NCBI GenBank assembly: GCA_000802045.1
Contig: JUEF01000135.1
Coordinates: 8,287-72,286 of the forward strand
From: Peptococcaceae bacterium BICA1-8
GTDB taxonomy: Bacteria > Bacillota > Peptococcia > Peptococcales > BICA1-8
Length of the DNA: 64,000 bases
Direction of reading: 5' to 3'
This document shows, piece by piece, positions 61,850 to 64,000 of this stretch. The notes under the pieces were generated by a model. That model was not told where the DNA came from. It made no database searches and worked only from the letters and a program-made list of their open reading frames with translations. Each line of letters opens with the position of its first letter. The first letter of the stretch is position 1. A program made the position numbers and the translations under genes.

Positions 61850-64000
61850 ATGTTAAATGAAGAACAAAAAAATTTAATAGCTAAGGCAATTAAAGCAGAA
61901 TTAAAATTAAATTTATCAAATGGTGGAGTAATAGGGGGCTTTAATAATTTCCTGCTAGATTTTTTTAACAAAACATTTACATTAGAGGAACTAGGTGATT
62001 TACCACAACGCTTAAGCCGATATAATTCTTTATTACGAAAAGAAAAGTTTGAACTATTAAAGGACTTGGAAATTTGGATAGAAAAAGGAATTGTTACAGA
62101 AAAAAGAGCTAAACCAAAAGAAGCTAAGAGTATTTTAACTAAAAAAGCAGGGGATATACTAAATATCCCTGGTATAGGTAAAAAGAGGCAGGAGGATTTA
62201 GCGAAGCTTGGCTTAAAGAGCATTGAAGACTTCCTATATTACATACCCCGTAGGTATGAAGATAGATCACAATTAAAGCCTTTTAGTAAATTAGTAAATG
62301 GAAATGTAGAAACTGTTTTGGGAACTATAAGTAAAGTGGAGATCTTACGGCCGAAAAAACATGTTAGTATTTTCAAAATTATTTTGCATAATAACTGGCA
62401 AAGTATAGCTGCCGTTTGGTTTAATCAGACTTTTTTGAAAAATAGATTAAAGCAGGGCATGCAAGTGATTGTTACTGGAAAAGTTGATCTCCGTTTTGAA
62501 AAACAAATCGTGGTAAGTGATTATGAAGTATACTATCCTGATGGGGAGCAGCTGCATACTGCCAGAATTGTACCAGTATATTCGGGCTCGGAACAAATTA
62601 CTTCCAAATTTTTGAGGGATGTTATTTATAATATTTTAGAAAAATCCCTGCATAATATTACAGAGATTATTCCCGAGGAAATAATCAACAAATATAATTT
62701 GCTGAGTCTTAGGGAAGCTATTAAAGAAATGCATTTTCCTAGCAGTTGGCAGGTATTAAAAAGAGCCCGTTATCGAATGGCTTTTGAAGAACTGCTCCTT
62801 TTACAGCTGGGTATTAAAAGCCTACGAAGTAAGCTCGTAAATTTAGTTGGGATTAGCCATTCTAAAGACAAAAAATTACCAGATAGTCTAAATAAAAGTA
62901 TTCCATTTTCCTTAACCCAGGCTCAATTACGAGTAATCTCAGAAGTTAATAAGGACATGGAAGAAAATAAGGTTATGAACCGCCTCGTACAAGGTGATGT
63001 CGGATCAGGGAAAACTATTATAGCCGCTTGGTCTTTAGTCAAAGCTTTAGGCGGCGGATACCAAGGTGCTTTAATGGCACCTACTGAGATTTTAGCTGAG
63101 CAGCATTATCTAAGCTTAAAAGAAATGCTAGCGCCTTTAGGGATTGAACCTGTTTTACTAACGGGCAGTCTAACACTCAATGAAAAAAGAAAAAAACTTT
63201 ATCATATTTTACAAGGTGATATAAAATTAGTAATAGGAACCCATGCTTTAATTCAAGATGAGGTTGTTTTCCGCAATTTAGGATTAGTGGTTATAGATGA
63301 GCAACATCGATTTGGAGTTAAACAGCGCTTGGCTTTACAAGAAAAAGGCTTAAATACAGATATTTTAGTAATGACTGCTACTCCTATACCTAGGTCCTTA
63401 GCCTTAACATTATATGGTGATATGGATTTATCTGTTATCGATGAACTGCCTCCGGGCAGACAACCAGTAAAAACACACCATATCTCGGAAAGTATGCGTC
63501 CTAAGGTGTACAATTTAATTAATAGAGAAATCAAAAATGGACAGCAGGTCTATATCGTTTGTCCTTTAATTGAAGAATCGGAGAAGCTTGACTTAGAAAA
63601 TGCGATAAGGTTGGCCGAGTATTTAAAAACAAATATCTTTCCTCAGTTTGAAATTGGTATTTTGCATGGCAGGATGAGGATGGAAGAAAAAGAAAAGGTA
63701 ATGGCTCAATTACGGACTGGTAAGATAGCAATTTTGGTTACTACTACAGTAATTGAAGTAGGAGTAAATGTGCCTAATGCTACTGTAATAGTAATAGAGA
63801 ATGCCGAAAGATTTGGTCTTGCACAGCTGCATCAACTAAGAGGCAGGGTCGGTCGGGGAGATAAGCAGGCTTACTGCATATTAATTTCGGACCCGAAAAC
63901 TGAGGAAGGGAAAGCTAGGATGGAAGTAATGACCCAAAGCTGTGATGGCTTTTATATTGCAGAACAGGATTTAAAAATAAGAGGACCTGGTGAAATTTTT
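61850..64000 (+). CDS. recG: ATP-dependent DNA helicase RecG (3' end beyond the window)
   Basis: My own translation from ATG 61850 (RBS AGGAG) is open to the window end. It contains GDVGSGKT (Walker A), VIDEQHRFGV (DEQH box) and the wedge-domain region. It is absent from the ORF track because no stop lies in the window. Confidence 0.9.
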   Translation, partial: MLNEEQKNLIAKAIKAELKLNLSNGGVIGGFNNFLLDFFNKTFTLEELGDLPQRLSRYNSLLRKEKFELLKDLEIWIEKGIVTEKRAKPKEAKSILTKKAGDILNIPGIGKKRQEDLAKLGLKSIEDFLYYIPRRYEDRSQLKPFSKLVNGNVETVLGTISKVEILRPKKHVSIFKIILHNNWQSIAAVWFNQTFLKNRLKQGMQVIVTGKVDLRFEKQIVVSDYEVYYPDGEQLHTARIVPVYSGSEQITSKFLRDVIYNILEKSLHNITEIIPEEIINKYNLLSLREAIKEMHFPSSWQVLKRARYRMAFEELLLLQLGIKSLRSKLVNLVGISHSKDKKLPDSLNKSIPFSLTQAQLRVISEVNKDMEENKVMNRLVQGDVGSGKTIIAAWSLVKALGGGYQGALMAPTEILAEQHYLSLKEMLAPLGIEPVLLTGSLTLNEKRKKLYHILQGDIKLVIGTHALIQDEVVFRNLGLVVIDEQHRFGVKQRLALQEKGLNTDILVMTATPIPRSLALTLYGDMDLSVIDELPPGRQPVKTHHISESMRPKVYNLINREIKNGQQVYIVCPLIEESEKLDLENAIRLAEYLKTNIFPQFEIGILHGRMRMEEKEKVMAQLRTGKIAILVTTTVIEVGVNVPNATVIVIENAERFGLAQLHQLRGRVGRGDKQAYCILISDPKTEEGKARMEVMTQSCDGFYIAEQDLKIRGPGEIF

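Noticed and set aside
61798-63731. Minus-strand ORFs 61798-62223, 63253-63534 and 63531-63731.
   Set aside because: They are antisense to the recG reading frame, which carries unambiguous helicase motifs (GDVGSGKT, DEQH) and is missing from the track only because it has no stop in the window.

Overview
This 64-kb chromosomal window looks like a low-GC anaerobic Firmicutes/Clostridia-type genome. That call rests on gene content and Bacillus-like synteny: yteA/ylyA-like-lspA-rluD-pyrR, then rqcH(yloA)-yloB-[dapF]-yicC-remA-gmk-rpoZ-coaBC-metK-priA-def-fmt-rsmB-rlmN-stp-pknB-rsgA-rpe, an antisense rpmB, and recG. I support about 61 CDS. The left end carries an Fe-S/2Fe-2S/FAD-oxidoreductase triad, a polyferredoxin with a long tungsten-type aldehyde:ferredoxin oxidoreductase and a ThiS/MoaD-like protein, and an ACT + UPF0210 pair. 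From 10.9 to 22.3 kb there is an accessory island after pyrR. It holds two paralogous LysR regulators, a protein with three tandem XRE HTH domains, three tandem YeiH/UPF0324-type membrane transporter paralogs, two paralogous small membrane proteins, and a NarL-type two-component system whose kinase has a nine-Cys insert. From 52.9 to 61.4 kb lie birA and a complete methylmalonyl-CoA mutase/MeaB/epimerase/Na+-pumping decarboxylase cluster. One FMN riboswitch precedes ribU. Two gene-level oddities stand out: a single-ORF SEDS (RodA/FtsW)-class B PBP fusion inside the stp-pknB cluster, and a TrxR-like flavoprotein without recognisable NADPH-binding motifs. The most unusual signal is non-coding. 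Almost every intergenic gap, including junctions inside normally tight operons, is filled with a mosaic of short repeat modules. These include ~31-bp periodic GTCTGACA arrays that bracket the Ca-ATPase gene in inverted orientation, ~29-bp periodic GATGCATC arrays, STRR-like heptamer tandems (TAGTCAC, CAATAGA, GTGCTCA), a CTGGGCACTG...CACGAnnCCCGAAAA cassette co-oriented with downstream genes, inverted AACCACGGGCCCC...GGGCACACGG terminal repeats, and GTAGGGGCGCGCATTGCGCG REP-like hairpins next to an HUH-transposase fragment. No CRISPR array, tRNA or rRNA was seen. Novelty cannot be judged without database searches.
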